Shown here one piece after another: positions 63,245 through 64,000 of a stretch of 64,000 nt of DNA. The notes under the pieces are model-generated. The model made no database searches. It was given only the letters and a program-made list of their open reading frames with translations, and had not been told where the DNA came from. The number at the start of each line of letters is the position of its first letter. The first letter of the stretch is position 1. Origin of the DNA: an uncultured Gammaproteobacteria bacterium (GTDB taxonomy: Bacteria; Patescibacteriota; Microgenomatia; Levybacterales; UBA12049); contig OZ246394.1 in assembly GCA_965230895.1 (NCBI GenBank), positions 712,627-776,626 on the forward strand, read 5' to 3'. The translations under genes were made by a program, and so were the position numbers.

Positions 63245-64000
63245 TTATTTAGTTACCGTATTCACAATAATTTCACTTGGACGCTGTTTGGGATTAATCG
63301 GTTTTTTTGCATATTTTTTATAATTCTTAAAAAAATCTTTTATTACATCAAAATTATTCTTACTAAGAACTACATTATGATTTAAGCCCTCAATACGCTC
63401 AGTTGCTGAACGAAGAATAAGACATGGTTTACCAAAATAATATGATTCTTCCTGATTACTTCCTCCATCCGTTACAATAAATTGACATCCATCAATTACT
63501 TTCATAAATTCCACGTAACTCAATCTTTCGCTAAGAATAATATTTTTATGTGCTTTAAGCTTTTGCATTAATCCTTTCTTTTCTAAGACAAGTATCGTAG
63601 GAGCGTGCATTACAAAAACACATTTCATATTCTTCGCGTGTGCAATAACATTATCAATCAACAATTCAACGAGTTGATCATTAAACAGGTTCTCCTGACG
63701 ATGCATAATAAAAAGGAAATATTTTTCTTTCTTAATACGATCCAACAGTTTTGATTGAACTTTTGTATTTATGACCATATTTAGACTATCCAATAAGGTA
63801 TTCTGGCCCGTATTAACTTTTAACCCGCTCTTATTCTTAAGATTATTAACAGCCCATTCATTAGGACATAGGTGAATATCTGTTAATTGAGAAGTAATAA
63901 CCCTGTCAATCTCTTCTGGAAAAGGATGGAAATAGTTAAATGATCGCAAACCAGCCTCAACATGAGCTATCTTTAAACCATACCGCTTCGCGATAAGTGC
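63245..64000 (-). CDS. wecB: UDP-N-acetylglucosamine 2-epimerase (WecB/MnaA family), partial. The N-terminus lies beyond the window end, and the ORF-track start at 63949 is internal.
   Basis: Manual translation upstream of 63949 continues in frame as '...ALIAKRYGLKIAHVEAGLRSFNYFHPFPEEIDR'. The HVEAGLRS/PFPEE motifs and the C-terminal 'FIVTDGGSNQEESYYFGKPCLILRSATER' define non-hydrolysing 2-epimerases. Confidence 0.7.
   Translation of the reverse strand, partial: ALIAKRYGLKIAHVEAGLRSFNYFHPFPEEIDRVITSQLTDIHLCPNEWAVNNLKNKSGLKVNTGQNTLLDSLNMVINTKVQSKLLDRIKKEKYFLFIMHRQENLFNDQLVELLIDNVIAHAKNMKCVFVMHAPTILVLEKKGLMQKLKAHKNIILSERLSYVEFMKVIDGCQFIVTDGGSNQEESYYFGKPCLILRSATERIEGLNHNVVLSKNNFDVIKDFFKNYKKYAKKPINPKQRPSEIIVNTVTK

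Noticed and set aside
1-64000. CRISPR arrays, tRNA or rRNA genes, integrases, transposases, or a prophage
   Set aside because: I scanned the intergenic regions (4309-4392, 5852-5901, 9859-9923, 12751-12806, 14594-14736, 30777-30830, 32437-32605, 33107-33212, 36983-37033, 39044-39150). I found no cloverleaf-compatible tRNA, no regularly spaced direct repeats and no recombinase motifs.

Overview
This 64 kb window is low-GC, has short intergenic spacers, and carries almost every gene on the minus strand. The gene content points to a small-genome, Patescibacteria/CPR-like bacterium: a type IV pilin, an archaeal/eukaryote-type GlyRS, a type-2-like IleS, and many polytopic membrane glycosyltransferases. 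That placement is inference, since no search was run. Four blocks are visible.

(1) Bases 1-3.7 kb hold glycan-modification genes: a partial GT2, an LbH acetyltransferase, an acyltransferase-3 membrane protein and two more GT2s.

(2) Housekeeping genes follow: lepB, parB, rpmA-rplU, a RodA-like SEDS protein, ileS, a pilin next to an EEP nuclease, and a GNAT.

(3) Bases 13.4-32.4 kb hold a long division/cell-wall (dcw) cluster, entirely on the minus strand: mraZ-rsmH-ftsL-ftsI ... murE-pgeF-murC-murB-murA-glmU(N-domain)-GNAT-mraY-ftsW-hydrolase-murG-ftsQ-like-ftsA-ftsZ. A three-gene plus-strand insert (DUF192, a tRNA-binding protein, an HD hydrolase) sits inside it.

(4) After a purF-like gene, glyQS and recO, bases 37-64 kb hold a large surface-glycoconjugate island. 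It contains DUF4012, a priming sugar-phosphate transferase, manC, five GT4s, a membrane-anchored GT2, wecB/wecD/wecE homologues, and a second LbH acetyltransferase. It also holds an unusual set of large polytopic membrane proteins: a GT-C-like 486 aa protein, a 1012 aa Wzy_C (O-antigen-ligase-like) + GT-C-like fusion, and three paralogous ~720 aa proteins, one of which is split. This island is the most likely candidate for an undescribed system. I read it as a polyprenyl-phosphate-sugar dependent extracytoplasmic glycosylation machinery of the Gtr/Pmt/YfhO type.

I found no CRISPR array, tRNA or rRNA gene, integrase or transposase. All calls rest on motifs recognised by eye. No similarity search or GC computation was possible.
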